From positions 9,124-73,123 of the forward strand of contig JBJFCL010000007.1 in NCBI GenBank assembly GCA_051888935.1: a stretch of DNA of 64,000 bases, written 5' to 3'. The notes beneath the pieces were generated by a model. That model saw only the letters and a program-made list of their open reading frames with translations, searched no databases and was not told where the DNA came from. The stretch is from Candidatus Caccovivens sp. (lineage in GTDB: Bacteria; Bacillota; Clostridia; Christensenellales; UBA1242). Positions 46,138 through 56,728 of the stretch are shown in pieces. The position numbers and the translations under genes are program-made. Position 1 is the first letter of the stretch; each line of letters begins with the position of its first letter.

Positions 46138-46485
46138 ATGAATGAAAATGAAAACAACTTTTCAAATCTTTATCCACAAGACATGGAATTCAATCCAAAA
46201 ACCATGTCTTTTACTCCAATAAAAAAAGAGTCTCAAAAATCTGAACCCCAAGAAAAATCTACCCCCTCTCAATATGCAAACGGAAACAATCCACTCCTTT
46301 CTATGCTTGGCACAAACAAAAACCTTTCATCTCTTTTAAGCGGAAACAACAATCCACTCGCATCAATATTTTCAGGAAAAGCAAACAAAAACGACCTACT
46401 TATGCAGGCTCTAACACAAAACCTAACACAAAAAAACGCCCCAAAAGAGACATCTTCCCCACCTCCATCTTTTGAAGAGTTTTAA
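46138..46485 (+). CDS. Hypothetical low-complexity protein (115 aa)
   Basis: ORF only, with no clear SD. Contains N/S/P-rich repeats NPLLSMLG / NPLASIFSG. Confidence 0.4.
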   Translation: MNENENNFSNLYPQDMEFNPKTMSFTPIKKESQKSEPQEKSTPSQYANGNNPLLSMLGTNKNLSSLLSGNNNPLASIFSGKANKNDLLMQALTQNLTQKNAPKETSSPPPSFEEF

Positions 46486-46520
46486 ATTTTAGAAAATATT
46501 TAAGGTGTATTTTGCAACAA

Positions 46521-46548
46521 AAAAACTATATCATTTGATATAGTTTTT
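46521..46548. terminator. Bidirectional terminator
   Basis: CTATATCA / TGATATAG stem with a 2-nt loop, flanked by A5 and T5. Confidence 0.6.
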
Positions 46549-46556
46549 CGTTTTAA

Positions 46557-47201
46557 TTAGTCATCAACAACTTTGCCGTGTTCAAAATATATCTTTCTCT
46601 TGCAAACCTTTTCGGCGATTTCTGGCCTTGTGCAAGCCAAAATTAAAGTTGTGTCCGCGGTTTTAAGTTTTTTAATCATGCTCAAAAGTGCATCAATATA
46701 AACATCTGAAATTTCGTCAAAAATATTGTCAACCAAAAGTAAGTCCAATTTTCTAAAAGTCAAACGAATGAGTGAAAGCACATATTTGTCTTCTTTTCGA
46801 ATATTTTTGACCTTTTCATCTCTAATCCTCTCCAACGAAAAGTCAATGATGGCATTATTTATCATTTTTTCTGCTTCGGCAGGTTTGTATCCTTTTTTGT
46901 GTAAGATGTATTTAAAATTCTCATAAACTGTTTTGTTCTCCAAGAAAACTGGACAATATGGCACATATCCAACGCTCAAATCTGTCTTGAAATCGACTTT
47001 TTTGAGAGGTATTTTGTTGATATATACTTCACCCGAATCAAATTCTTCAAGTTTTGCAATCACGCGAAGCAGTGTGGTTTTTCCGCTATTCTGTTCTCCA
47101 ACAAACGCCACACTTTCGCCAACTTCAACATCAAGATTTATGTTTTCCAAAGCATAGAACTCTTTGGTGTATTTAAGATTCAGGTTCTTTATCGATAACA
47201 T
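46557..47201 (-). CDS. ABC-ATPase-like protein with degenerate catalytic motifs; no adjacent permease
   Basis: Walker A GEQNSGKTT is intact. Q-loop is Y (VGYVPYC), there is no LSGGQ, Walker B reads LLLVDN (Glu replaced by Asn), and there is no H-loop His. Confidence 0.65.
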   Translation of the reverse strand: MLSIKNLNLKYTKEFYALENINLDVEVGESVAFVGEQNSGKTTLLRVIAKLEEFDSGEVYINKIPLKKVDFKTDLSVGYVPYCPVFLENKTVYENFKYILHKKGYKPAEAEKMINNAIIDFSLERIRDEKVKNIRKEDKYVLSLIRLTFRKLDLLLVDNIFDEISDVYIDALLSMIKKLKTADTTLILACTRPEIAEKVCKRKIYFEHGKVVDD

Positions 47202-47319
47202 AGCACGCTCCTAACGTATATATGATACTATATCTCGAAAAAAAATAAAAGTAAATTTTGTAATTTTGTAAAAATCGTCTTCAAAATTTACTTTTATTGT
47301 CGAATTTTTATGTTTTCGT

Positions 47320-47847
47320 TTATTTCTCTTCGTATTTTTTCACATCAACAGTCACTTCTTCGGATATATCTTCCGAAAGCACCAAAATGTTTTCTCCTGT
47401 TTCCTCGTTTGTCTTAACTTGCCCTACAACCACTCTAAATGTCACCTTGCAATCATTATTGGAAGCAAAGTTGAAAACGCGAGTACCAAAATCTTCATAA
47501 TTTTTGTAACCTGCTTCAACGCCTGTTCCATTAGTCTGAGAAATTAGGTAAGTCAAATTGTACCAATAATCACTCTTTGGCAACCTCAATGTATATTCAT
47601 CGCCATTTTCTTCGCCAAAAAGTAATTGTTGATTTTCTTGATTGACTTTGAGTTGTAAATCAACATACTTATCACTTACCCTATCGTCTTCCTCCAAAAC
47701 AACCTTGATTGAATATCGAGTGCTAAGAGGTCCAGTCATGTCACTAATAAAAGCGGAGCGAACTTTTGTCTCGCTTTCACAACCCAACAAGATAAAAGAA
47801 AAACAAACACAAAGAACTATCAAAAAACATCTTTTAACTTTTTTCAT
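47320..47847 (-). CDS. Lipoprotein, unknown function
   Basis: Signal peptide with lipobox ILLGC. Confidence 0.65.
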   Translation of the reverse strand: MKKVKRCFLIVLCVCFSFILLGCESETKVRSAFISDMTGPLSTRYSIKVVLEEDDRVSDKYVDLQLKVNQENQQLLFGEENGDEYTLRLPKSDYWYNLTYLISQTNGTGVEAGYKNYEDFGTRVFNFASNNDCKVTFRVVVGQVKTNEETGENILVLSEDISEEVTVDVKKYEEK

Positions 47848-47896
47848 AATTCTATTGTGTTCGTTTTTTACAAAAATATTGCAATTTTAATTATTT

Positions 47897-48424
47897 TTAG
47901 AAAGTAACCTCAATCAAACCATATTTGCTGTCATTTCTCTTGTAAAGAACATTGACTTTTCCTGTCTCTGCATTCAAGAAAACATAGAAAGTGTGACCAA
48001 GGCGTTCAATGGCATCTTTTGCCTCTTCCACCAAGATTGGGTCAAGTTCAAATGATTTTTTCTTGGAAATTTCAGCAAGTGCAACTTCTGGTTCTTCTTC
48101 CAAAAATTCGTAACCAACATTCTTTGGTGCATTGCGTTTGCTTTGAGTAACCTTTTGTCTGTTTCTCACAATTTGTTTTTCAAGTTTTGGCAACGCAAGG
48201 TCGATGTTGTCATAGTTGTTAGTTCCAGAAACTTCTGACCTATACAAAAGTCCTTTGTTGGTGATGTTTACTTCCAACTTCTCAATTTTGTTTTGCTTTG
48301 AGCAAACAACTCGTGCTGTTGCATCTTCGCCAAAATACTTGTCAAGACGATTAAGTTTTTCCGTCATAATGTCCTTAAAACGATTGGCAATTTTGTATTT
48401 TTTTTCTACAAATGTAATTTTCAT
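47897..48424 (-). CDS. hpf: Ribosome hibernation promoting factor (long form)
   Basis: 175 aa. RaiA/HPF N-domain (KLNRLDKYF...LEVNI) plus the C-terminal dimerisation domain. Confidence 0.85.
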   Translation of the reverse strand: MKITFVEKKYKIANRFKDIMTEKLNRLDKYFGEDATARVVCSKQNKIEKLEVNITNKGLLYRSEVSGTNNYDNIDLALPKLEKQIVRNRQKVTQSKRNAPKNVGYEFLEEEPEVALAEISKKKSFELDPILVEEAKDAIERLGHTFYVFLNAETGKVNVLYKRNDSKYGLIEVTF

Positions 48425-48490
48425 ACTTTTCCTCCCTTTGTAGTCTTATTTTAGCAAAAATTTTTATTTAGAGCAAATGTTTTTGCATTA

Positions 48491-50923
48491 TTACAAAGAA
48501 TTAAAGACGAGTTCATTGCCGGCAAGCGTAACTTCAATTGTCCCATGGTCAGAAAGTTGCCCCAACAATATTTTTTCAGCGATTTTGTCTTCTATCTCTT
48601 GCTCGATAAACCTCTTTAATGGACGAGCACCATAAATAAGGTTTGAACCTTTTGAGACAATATAGTCAATTGCAGATTTATCCACTTTGAGTGTTAAATT
48701 CTTTGACGCAAGACGCTTATTGATATTTGAAAGCAAAATGTCAGAAATTTTGATAAGGTCTTGTTTTGACAGACTGTCAAATATGCAAATAACATCAATA
48801 CGATTGATAAGTTCTGGTTTAAATTTCTTTTTAAGTGCGTCCATATAGATGTCTCGCTCAGAAATTTTTTCGTTTTCAGCCGTGCCAAAACCAAGTTGTT
48901 TTTTCTGTCTTATTTCGTTTGCACCGATGTTGCTTGTCATGATTATTATGGTGTTTTTGAAACTTACAGTTCTGCCCTTACCATCAGTAAGTCTTCCGTC
49001 ATCCAAAATTTGAAGTAAAGAGTTTAAAACCTCTGGGTGTGCTTTCTCTATTTCGTCAAAAAGCACAACACTGTATGGTTTTCTGCGCACCTGCTCCGTC
49101 AGTTGTCCACCTTCGTCAAAGCCGACATATCCAGGAGGAGAACCGATGAGTTTCGAAACAGTGTGACTCTCCATATATTCACTCATATCAATTCTTATGA
49201 TGTTGTTTTCGTTGTCAAACATCGCCTCAGCAATTGCTTTGGAAAGTTCCGTCTTTCCAACCCCAGTTGGTCCCATAAACAAGAAAGAACCAATTGGTCG
49301 TTTGTTATCTTGCAAACCAACACGAGCACGCCTAATCGCTTTTGAGACAGCATTTATTGCCTCGTCTTGACCGACAACACGCTTGTGCAAAATTTCTTCC
49401 AAGTGAACAAGTTTTTCTTTCTCACTTTCAGTAAGTTTTGTCACAGGGATTCCTGTCCATTTGGACACAACTTCTGCAATTTCATTCTCGCCTATCTGTC
49501 CGCTTCCGCTCTTTTTTATGATGTTTGCGTTTTGCTTTTTGAGGTCTTCTTCCAAATTTAAAATTTCAGATTGAAGTTTTGCCGCTTTTTCATAATTTCT
49601 TTGAAGCGATGCCTCGTCACGACTTGCAGAAAGAGATTTTATTTTCTCTTCCAAATCACGCACTTTTTGCGGTTTGATTGTGTAAGTCACTTTGGCACGC
49701 GAACAAGCCTCATCAATTAGGTCAATAGCCTTGTCTGGCAAACTTCTGTCTGTAATGTATCTGTCTGAAAGGTTTGCAGCCGCCTCAATTGCCTCTTGCG
49801 TGATGATAATCTTATGAAACGCCTCATAAGTATCTTTGAGTCCTTTCAAAATTTCAATCGTCTGTTCGACAGAAGGCGGATTTACCATAACAGGTTGGAA
49901 TCTCCTTTCAAGAGCCTTGTCTTTTTCAATGTATTTGCGATATTCGTCCGTGGTGGTTGCACCAATAGTTTGCAATTCCCCACGCGCCAAATAAGGTTTG
50001 AGCATATCAGAAGGACTGGTCTCTCCTTTTTCACTACCTGCCTGTGCAAGAGTGTGAATTTCATCAATAAACACAATGATATTGCCATCTGCTATGATGG
50101 TCTCAATGACATCTTTGAGTTTTTCTTCCATCTGACCGCGATATTTTGTGCCTGCCATAAGTCCGCCAATTTCAAGAGCATAAATGGTTTTGTCTTTGAT
50201 TTCTTCTGGAACATCTCCGCTGGCAATCGCCTGTGCCAAGCCCTCAACAACCGCTGTTTTCCCAACACCAGCTTCTCCAATAAGCACAGGGTTGTTTTTG
50301 GTCTTTCGGCAAAGAATCTCAATCACTCTTTGAATTTCCTCTTCTCTGCCAATAACTGGGTCAAGTTTGTGCTGACGCGCTTTGAGAGTTATGTCACTTC
50401 CCATATCCAAAAGTTTCTCTGGCAGTGTGCTTCCTGCCTGAGAGCTCTCCTCGCTCTTTCTTTCGCTCGTTGTCTTTGCTGATGCAACTTGCATGGAAGA
50501 GAGCAATTTGTTTTTCATTTCGTCAACATTGACGCCAAAAACGCCAGAAAGCACTTTTGTTGCATAACAACTCTTATTTGACAAAATTGCAAGTAACAGA
50601 TGCTCAGTTCCAATGAAAGAATGTCCCAAATCCATAGCAACAGATTGTGCCATCTGAAAAAGTTCTTTTGTGCGAGGAGTGAGTTCTGGGTTGCCAAAGA
50701 GTGTCACGCCATTTGAAGACTCTTCAAAAAGTTCAAAGAGTGCATTTTCTGTTACTCCATAATTTGCAAGCAATTTCGAAGCCGTACAATCGCTCACACT
50801 TGCAAGTCCGTACAAAATATGTTCAGTGCCGACCAAGTTACTGCCAAAACGCAACGCTATCTTGCTGGCGTTTTTGATAACTTTTTCAATACTTTCTGAA
50901 AATAATCCATTATTTAGTGCCAT
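48491..50923 (-). CDS. clpC: ATP-dependent Clp protease ATP-binding subunit ClpC
   Basis: 810 aa. Clp_N repeats, two AAA+ modules ([16 protein letters not shown]), and an LGF ClpP-docking loop. Confidence 0.9.
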   Translation of the reverse strand: MALNNGLFSESIEKVIKNASKIALRFGSNLVGTEHILYGLASVSDCTASKLLANYGVTENALFELFEESSNGVTLFGNPELTPRTKELFQMAQSVAMDLGHSFIGTEHLLLAILSNKSCYATKVLSGVFGVNVDEMKNKLLSSMQVASAKTTSERKSEESSQAGSTLPEKLLDMGSDITLKARQHKLDPVIGREEEIQRVIEILCRKTKNNPVLIGEAGVGKTAVVEGLAQAIASGDVPEEIKDKTIYALEIGGLMAGTKYRGQMEEKLKDVIETIIADGNIIVFIDEIHTLAQAGSEKGETSPSDMLKPYLARGELQTIGATTTDEYRKYIEKDKALERRFQPVMVNPPSVEQTIEILKGLKDTYEAFHKIIITQEAIEAAANLSDRYITDRSLPDKAIDLIDEACSRAKVTYTIKPQKVRDLEEKIKSLSASRDEASLQRNYEKAAKLQSEILNLEEDLKKQNANIIKKSGSGQIGENEIAEVVSKWTGIPVTKLTESEKEKLVHLEEILHKRVVGQDEAINAVSKAIRRARVGLQDNKRPIGSFLFMGPTGVGKTELSKAIAEAMFDNENNIIRIDMSEYMESHTVSKLIGSPPGYVGFDEGGQLTEQVRRKPYSVVLFDEIEKAHPEVLNSLLQILDDGRLTDGKGRTVSFKNTIIIMTSNIGANEIRQKKQLGFGTAENEKISERDIYMDALKKKFKPELINRIDVICIFDSLSKQDLIKISDILLSNINKRLASKNLTLKVDKSAIDYIVSKGSNLIYGARPLKRFIEQEIEDKIAEKILLGQLSDHGTIEVTLAGNELVFNSL

Positions 50924-50961
50924 ATCTTTCCTCCTTTAAGTTTTTCCAATTGAAAGCAAAA

Positions 50962-51978
50962 TCAAACCTTTTGGACAAGTTGTTTTACTTTCCTAGATAT
51001 ATACTCACTTCGCACAACTTCTTCCTCTTTTTCAACCGAAAAATTTTCCAGTTCTTTCAAATTTGCGCTCGCCCCTTCTGTGAACAACTTTTCAAAAGCT
51101 TTTGCGTCGTTTATTTTCAAAAAACCAAGCGCATCGCCAAATTTCAAAAGCGATAAGAAATAAATTCCCTCTTTTTCGCTCAAAAGATGACATTCTTTCA
51201 AAACTCCATACGCTCGATAAATTTCATCAATAAGACTGTCATGATTGGTCGCCAAAATATCTTCTCGTGCGAAAAGTTCCATCTCGCATATTTGGAAGAC
51301 ATATTCGCTGACACTGTCAATGATTTCTTCTTCCGTCAAACCGAGTGAATTTTGATTGGAAATTTGATAGAAACTTCCATATGTTTCACTACCCTCGCCA
51401 TAGAGCCCTCGGACCATAAAGCCTTTTTGTTTTGCTTCATTCTTGATAATGTCAATGTCCTTGTTCCTTTCAAGTGCTGGCAAAAACAACATTACTGAGG
51501 CACGCATAGCCGTTCCAAGATTGGAAGGGCAAGAAGTCACAAAGCCGTAGTCATCTGAATATGCCACATCAATCTCTGACAAAATCAAATCGTCAAGACG
51601 CTTGATTTCACGATAAGGTTTGTAGAGATTAAATCCGTTGTATATGCACTGCTCTCTTATGTGGTCCTCTTCGTTTAACATCACAATCAAATGTTCATCT
51701 GGCGAAAGTGCCACTGCCGAAATATCTTTGTTTTCAATGAGTTCTTTGCTGATAATATGTCGTTCCAACAACGCATTGCACTCATTTAGCGACAAATTTT
51801 TGAGGCGAATAAGGTCAAAATCGCCAAACTCATCAAGAGCGTTTTTCACTCTGCCAATAATAAAAACTGCGTCACTTTCGTCACGCAATTTCGTGAAAAA
51901 ATTGAAGCCAGAGAAATTTCTCGCAAGTCTAATTCTTGAACTAATCGCAATGTTTTCAAAATTTTCGTTCATATTCAT
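50962..51978 (-). CDS. mcsB: Protein arginine kinase McsB
   Basis: SSRIRLARN, NEEDHIR, guanido-kinase C-domain. Lies upstream of clpC. Confidence 0.85.
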   Translation of the reverse strand: MNMNENFENIAISSRIRLARNFSGFNFFTKLRDESDAVFIIGRVKNALDEFGDFDLIRLKNLSLNECNALLERHIISKELIENKDISAVALSPDEHLIVMLNEEDHIREQCIYNGFNLYKPYREIKRLDDLILSEIDVAYSDDYGFVTSCPSNLGTAMRASVMLFLPALERNKDIDIIKNEAKQKGFMVRGLYGEGSETYGSFYQISNQNSLGLTEEEIIDSVSEYVFQICEMELFAREDILATNHDSLIDEIYRAYGVLKECHLLSEKEGIYFLSLLKFGDALGFLKINDAKAFEKLFTEGASANLKELENFSVEKEEEVVRSEYISRKVKQLVQKV

Positions 51979-52023
51979 ATCAATTATAACAAATAAGTAA
52001 GAATTTTACAAACAAATATATAC

Positions 52024-52170
52024 TCAATTTTTGTGCCTTTTCCCGCCATACATGTTGTCAACCGCAAGCCTTACAGACAGCAATTCATAGCACTTTTCAC
52101 AGCCAACAAAACCAGTCTGCAAAATTTCTTCTGCCGTTGTTCCACATTTTGAACAAACTTCATTATTCAT
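52024..52170 (-). CDS. mcsA: Mini McsA-like zinc-finger protein (48 aa)
   Basis: Below the track cutoff. Translation MNNEVCSKCGTTAEEILQTGFVGCEKCYELLSVRLAVDNMYGGKRHKN has CxxC...GCxxCY as in the McsA N-terminus. Sits directly upstream of mcsB. Its start overlaps the tex stop by 8 nt. Confidence 0.6.
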   Translation of the reverse strand: MNNEVCSKCGTTAEEILQTGFVGCEKCYELLSVRLAVDNMYGGKRHKN

Positions 52171-54316
52171 CTTTTTCAATTCCCTTCATTGTAAGCGAAA
52201 TTCTTTTCTTTGGAATGTCAACAGCCAAGACTTTGACATCAACAATATCTCCAACCTTGACAACATCACTTGGGTGTTTAACAAAGCCATCAGAAAGTTG
52301 TGAAATATGCACAAGTCCATCTTGATGCACGCCAATATCAACAAACGCACCAAAGTCAACGACATTTCTGACAGTTCCCTTGAAAGTCATTCCTTCTTTA
52401 AGGTCTTCCATGTGAATAACATCACTTCTAAGAACTGGCTTTGGCATACTTTCACGAATATCACGACCAGGTTTCAAAATTTCATTTGTGATATCGTTTA
52501 GAGTTGGAACACCAATTCCACATTCCTCAGCAACCTTTTTCTCGCCTTTTTGTTCAATCATTTTTGGCAAAAGCACAAGATTGGAATTTTTTACATCATC
52601 TTCGGAGAGATTAAAGAGTTTCAAAAGCTTTCGAGCAGCATCATAACTTTCAGGGTGAACAGCAGTGTTGTCAAGCACATTTTCTCCGCCAACAACGCGC
52701 AAGAACCCTGCGCATTGTTCATATGCCTTTGGTCCAAGTTTTGGAACAGACAAAAGTTCTTCACGAGATTTAAATCCCTTGTTTTTGGTTCTAAATGTCA
52801 CAATATTTTTTGCAATGGACATATTAAGTCCAGAAACATAGGACAAAAGACTTGGGGAAGCAGTGTTAAGGTCAACACCAACACTGTTAACGCAGTCTTC
52901 AACCACACCAGTAAGCACCTCGGTCAAACGATTTTGTGGCATATCATGCTGATATTGACCCACGCCAATGGATTTGACATCAATCTTAATGAGTTCTGCC
53001 AGAGGGTCTTGCAATCGTCTTGCAATTGAAACCGCACTTCTAAGATTTACATCATATTCAGGAAACTCTTCGGCAGCAAGTTTTGAAGCCGAATAAACTG
53101 ACGCTCCCGCCTCGCTGACAACAGCATAACTAACTGGGAAAGAGATATGTTTGATGAGTTCTGCAACAAAAATTTCACTCTCTTTTGATGCTGTTCCGTT
53201 TCCAATTGCAATGATGTTTACATGGTGTTTTTCAATCATTGCTTTGAGTTTTTCCATCGCCTCTTCCGTCTTAGAGCGTGGAGGAGTTGGATAAACAACA
53301 GTAGTATCCAAAACAGAGCCGTTTTTGTCAATAACTGCAATCTTGCACCCATTGTGATATCCTGGGTCAAAACCAAGGATAATATTGTTTTTGAGTGGAC
53401 TTTCAAGAAGAAGAGGACGAAGGTTAACTTCAAACATCTTAATTGCCTGCTCGTCTGCCATGTCGGTCAGATTGTTTCTGCACTCTCTTTCAAGAGAAGG
53501 GAACAAAAGTCTGTCATAAGCGTCATGAATGGTGTCGTCCATGAGTTCGTTGGTGTCAACATTGTCTTTTTTGTAATGTTTTTCAATGGTTGGAATGGTC
53601 AATTTCTCGTCAATAACGATTGACACTTTCAAACACTTCTCATTCTCTCCACGGTTTATTGCCAGCACTCTATGACTAGGCAAATTCTTTACTTCTTGTT
53701 TAAAGTCGGCATATGTTTCGTATGTCAAATTGTTTTCATTTTCAAGAAGAGAGCAAGTGATAAACGCTTTGTTTGCAATAATTTCACGAAGTTCCTTTCT
53801 AAGTTCTGCATTGTCAGAAATACGCTCAGCAATAATATCTTTTGCCCCTGCAATTGCATCTTCCACAGTTGGAACTTCCTCGGTGATGAACTTTTCTGCC
53901 TCAACTTTGACTTCATATTGTTTGGATTGTGCTTGCAAAACATCTGCCAACGGCTCCAAACCTTTTGCAATAGCAACAGAGGCACGCGTTTTTTTCTTTG
54001 GTTTGTAAGGACGATAGATATCTTCAACTTCGGTAAGCGTCAATGCCTCGGAAAGAGCCTTGGCAAGTTCGTCAGTCCACTTTCCTTGTTCGGTAATCAC
54101 TTTTTCAACTTTTGCCTTTTCATCGTCCAAATTGCGTAAATATTTGAGTCTGTCAGCAAAATTTCTCAAAACTTGGTCGTCGCAAGAACCATGCATTTCC
54201 TTACGATAACGCGCAATAAATGGAATGGTGTTTCCTTCATCAATAAGAGTAATAATATTGTTTGTGTAGTCATCTCTAAGTCCAAATTCACTGGAAAGTC
54301 TTTCTTGAATTGTCAT
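52163..54316 (-). CDS. tex: Tex-family transcription accessory protein (S1 domain)
   Basis: 717 aa. IPFIARYRKE, YqgF/HhH regions, and C-terminal S1 (GTVRNVVDFGAFVDIG). Confidence 0.9.
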   Translation of the reverse strand: MTIQERLSSEFGLRDDYTNNIITLIDEGNTIPFIARYRKEMHGSCDDQVLRNFADRLKYLRNLDDEKAKVEKVITEQGKWTDELAKALSEALTLTEVEDIYRPYKPKKKTRASVAIAKGLEPLADVLQAQSKQYEVKVEAEKFITEEVPTVEDAIAGAKDIIAERISDNAELRKELREIIANKAFITCSLLENENNLTYETYADFKQEVKNLPSHRVLAINRGENEKCLKVSIVIDEKLTIPTIEKHYKKDNVDTNELMDDTIHDAYDRLLFPSLERECRNNLTDMADEQAIKMFEVNLRPLLLESPLKNNIILGFDPGYHNGCKIAVIDKNGSVLDTTVVYPTPPRSKTEEAMEKLKAMIEKHHVNIIAIGNGTASKESEIFVAELIKHISFPVSYAVVSEAGASVYSASKLAAEEFPEYDVNLRSAVSIARRLQDPLAELIKIDVKSIGVGQYQHDMPQNRLTEVLTGVVEDCVNSVGVDLNTASPSLLSYVSGLNMSIAKNIVTFRTKNKGFKSREELLSVPKLGPKAYEQCAGFLRVVGGENVLDNTAVHPESYDAARKLLKLFNLSEDDVKNSNLVLLPKMIEQKGEKKVAEECGIGVPTLNDITNEILKPGRDIRESMPKPVLRSDVIHMEDLKEGMTFKGTVRNVVDFGAFVDIGVHQDGLVHISQLSDGFVKHPSDVVKVGDIVDVKVLAVDIPKKRISLTMKGIEKDE

Positions 54317-55381
54317 TTATTTTTTCTCCTTAAATTTCCTAAGTTCTGCAATCATTTTATCATAATTAGGCAAATTTTTCATAAGAATTTCGCCATTTTT
54401 TTGCAAAATCTGTCCATTTTTAATCGTCAAAGCCACATCTTTTTTTGATTTTTCCCAAACTATCGATTTTAAGATGTCGTCATATAGCGTTTCACCTCGT
54501 CTTACAACGATAAAATCAGCAGAATTTCCCACTTTGACAGCATTTTCATTGCCAGTCAAAATCTTTGCCCCACAATAAGTGGCAATTTTTAAAGCGTCAC
54601 TTTCGCTGACACATGATTCGTCCTCAAACAACGCCCTTTGCGTCAACAAGAGTTGTCTCATAAACGCAAAGAAGTCAATTTCAAAGTTGTAGCCACTTCC
54701 CATTCCCACACAAAAATCTTGCATTTTAAGAGCAATCAAATTTGTCACTCTTCTGCCAAATTTATTGTCTTCTGGAAGCGTCAAGCAAAAATCACAACCA
54801 TATTGACCGAAAAGTTGGAGTTCATCTTTTTCAAAACAATTCCCGCCAACAATCACAGGTTGTCTATCCAAAAATCCAAAGTCTTCCAAAACTTGTGAAA
54901 GAGGTTTATGATAAGTTTTGTCAATCGTTCCAAGTTCTTGCAGTGTTTGCCCAGCCTTTATAAACAACTTCGACTTGTTTTTTGCAACAAAATCACTTGC
55001 GTTGGACAGTTCTTTTTCTTCCATTTCTTCAATGTTGGTCAAAAGATATGAATTTAAACTGCTTTTCACAGCAACATCATTGCAAAACGCCCCCGCAAGC
55101 AAATTTTTTATAATCATCAATTTATGTATATTCCCCAGCGTTTCACTGTCTGCATTTTGCAAATCTCCATAATTTTGTTTAAACGCCTCAAAACTATGAC
55201 AAAACACATTGACAAAATTTGGCAAAACGAAATTGTCACATAAGTCAACAATTTGACCATTGAAATTGATATTTCTTTCAATTCGAGTAATAACACCATC
55301 TTCGACCTCAATATCAACCTTGTCCACCTCGCCTGTTTCAATGTTTACAAGCCTTCCATTTTTAAACAAAATTTTCTGCAT
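54317..55381 (-). CDS. Amidohydrolase-superfamily protein with a degenerate HxH metal motif
   Basis: Start at ATG 55381 (MQKILFKNGRLVN...). VLPNFVNVFCHSF stands where PGFVNxHxH is expected. Its stop abuts the tex start. Confidence 0.55.
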   Translation of the reverse strand: MQKILFKNGRLVNIETGEVDKVDIEVEDGVITRIERNINFNGQIVDLCDNFVLPNFVNVFCHSFEAFKQNYGDLQNADSETLGNIHKLMIIKNLLAGAFCNDVAVKSSLNSYLLTNIEEMEEKELSNASDFVAKNKSKLFIKAGQTLQELGTIDKTYHKPLSQVLEDFGFLDRQPVIVGGNCFEKDELQLFGQYGCDFCLTLPEDNKFGRRVTNLIALKMQDFCVGMGSGYNFEIDFFAFMRQLLLTQRALFEDESCVSESDALKIATYCGAKILTGNENAVKVGNSADFIVVRRGETLYDDILKSIVWEKSKKDVALTIKNGQILQKNGEILMKNLPNYDKMIAELRKFKEKK

Positions 55382-55445
55382 AAAAGCCACCCAAGTTAAC
55401 AAAAATATACATTGAAAGTATATCAAAAAAGGCAAAGAAAGGCAA

Positions 55446-56654
55446 ATGAAAGAAAGGACAATTTTACATTCCGATGTCAACAATTTTTTTGCATCGGTGG
55501 AATGTTCTCAAAATCCAAAATTGTTTGGAAAACCTGTTGCGGTCACTGGAAATCCTGACAAACGCACAGGCATAATTTTGGCAAAAAACGAGATTGCAAA
55601 GAAAAGTGGTGTAAAAACTGGCGAAGCAATTTGGCAAGCAAAGCAAAAATGCCCAAATCTTGTGACTGTCGGACCGCACTATGACTTATATGAAAAAATA
55701 TCCAAACAACTTCACGAACTCTATTTGAATTACACTGATTTGGTCGAACCTCTTGGATTGGACGAGTGCTGGTTGGATATCACACCATCTCTTAAATACT
55801 TGCAAATGACAGGAAAAGAAATAGCAGACGAAATCCGAAAAAAAGTGAAAGAAAAATTTGGTTTCACTGTTTCAGTTGGCGTTTCTTTTTCCAAACTCTT
55901 TGCAAAACTTGGAAGCGACATGAAAAAGCCAGACGCAACAACTGTGATTTCACGAGAAACTTTCAAAGAACAGACTTATAATTTGCCGTTAAACTCAATA
56001 ATTGGAATTGGAAGTCGCCTAAACACAAAATTTGAGAAACGCAACATACAAACCATTGGCGATTTTGTGGCGCTTGATGAAAATTATGTTCGTGACATTA
56101 TGGGCAAGACTGGCGTCGAACTTCACCAAAAACTCAAAGGAGAATTTGTGGAGAGCGTGCCTTGTTATTTCTTGCTTGCTCCACCCAAAAGCATTGGCAA
56201 CGGCACAACGACCATAGAGGATATTCAAACTCGCGAAGATATTGCAAAAGTGGTTGCTTTTTTGTGTGAAAAAGTGGCACTACGCATGACAAATGGAAAT
56301 TTTCAAGCCTCAACAATCACAGTGACGCTCAAAACAAACGATTTTGAAAAATATCGTCATTCGAAGACAGTCGCACCTTTCAAAAGCGAAGAAGACATCT
56401 ACAAAAATGCCATGTTGCTCATAGACGAGTTTTGGAAATTTGACAAACTTGTCAGAGCAATAAGAGTGCGTGTATCCAACTTGCAAAAACTCGACAAAAT
56501 CGAGCAACTCTCTTTCTTTAATGAAGAGGAAAACAACTTGACAAAAAGTTTGCAATTTCTAAAAAACAAATATGGTAAAGATGCAATATATGTTGCCAGC
56601 GACACTGCAAGTTTTATCAACCGCAAAAACAAAGATGAGGAGCACCCACAATAA
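55446..56654 (+). CDS. dinB: DNA polymerase IV (Y-family)
   Basis: ILHSDVNNFFASVE, LGLDECWLD, SVGVSFSKLFAK. Confidence 0.9.
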   Translation: MKERTILHSDVNNFFASVECSQNPKLFGKPVAVTGNPDKRTGIILAKNEIAKKSGVKTGEAIWQAKQKCPNLVTVGPHYDLYEKISKQLHELYLNYTDLVEPLGLDECWLDITPSLKYLQMTGKEIADEIRKKVKEKFGFTVSVGVSFSKLFAKLGSDMKKPDATTVISRETFKEQTYNLPLNSIIGIGSRLNTKFEKRNIQTIGDFVALDENYVRDIMGKTGVELHQKLKGEFVESVPCYFLLAPPKSIGNGTTTIEDIQTREDIAKVVAFLCEKVALRMTNGNFQASTITVTLKTNDFEKYRHSKTVAPFKSEEDIYKNAMLLIDEFWKFDKLVRAIRVRVSNLQKLDKIEQLSFFNEEENNLTKSLQFLKNKYGKDAIYVASDTASFINRKNKDEEHPQ

Positions 56655-56700
56655 GCGTAGAAAGAAGATAAAACAAATCAAAACACTATAAACCTAACAA

Positions 56701-56728
56701 AAAAACAGGCAAGATGCCTGTTCTTTTT
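56701..56728. terminator. Bidirectional terminator between dinB and secF
   Basis: AACAGGCA / TGCCTGTT stem with a 3-nt loop. Confidence 0.7.

Noticed and set aside
49796-50482. 228-aa plus-strand ORF inside clpC
   Set aside because: It is antisense to clpC and has no SD or recognisable motif.
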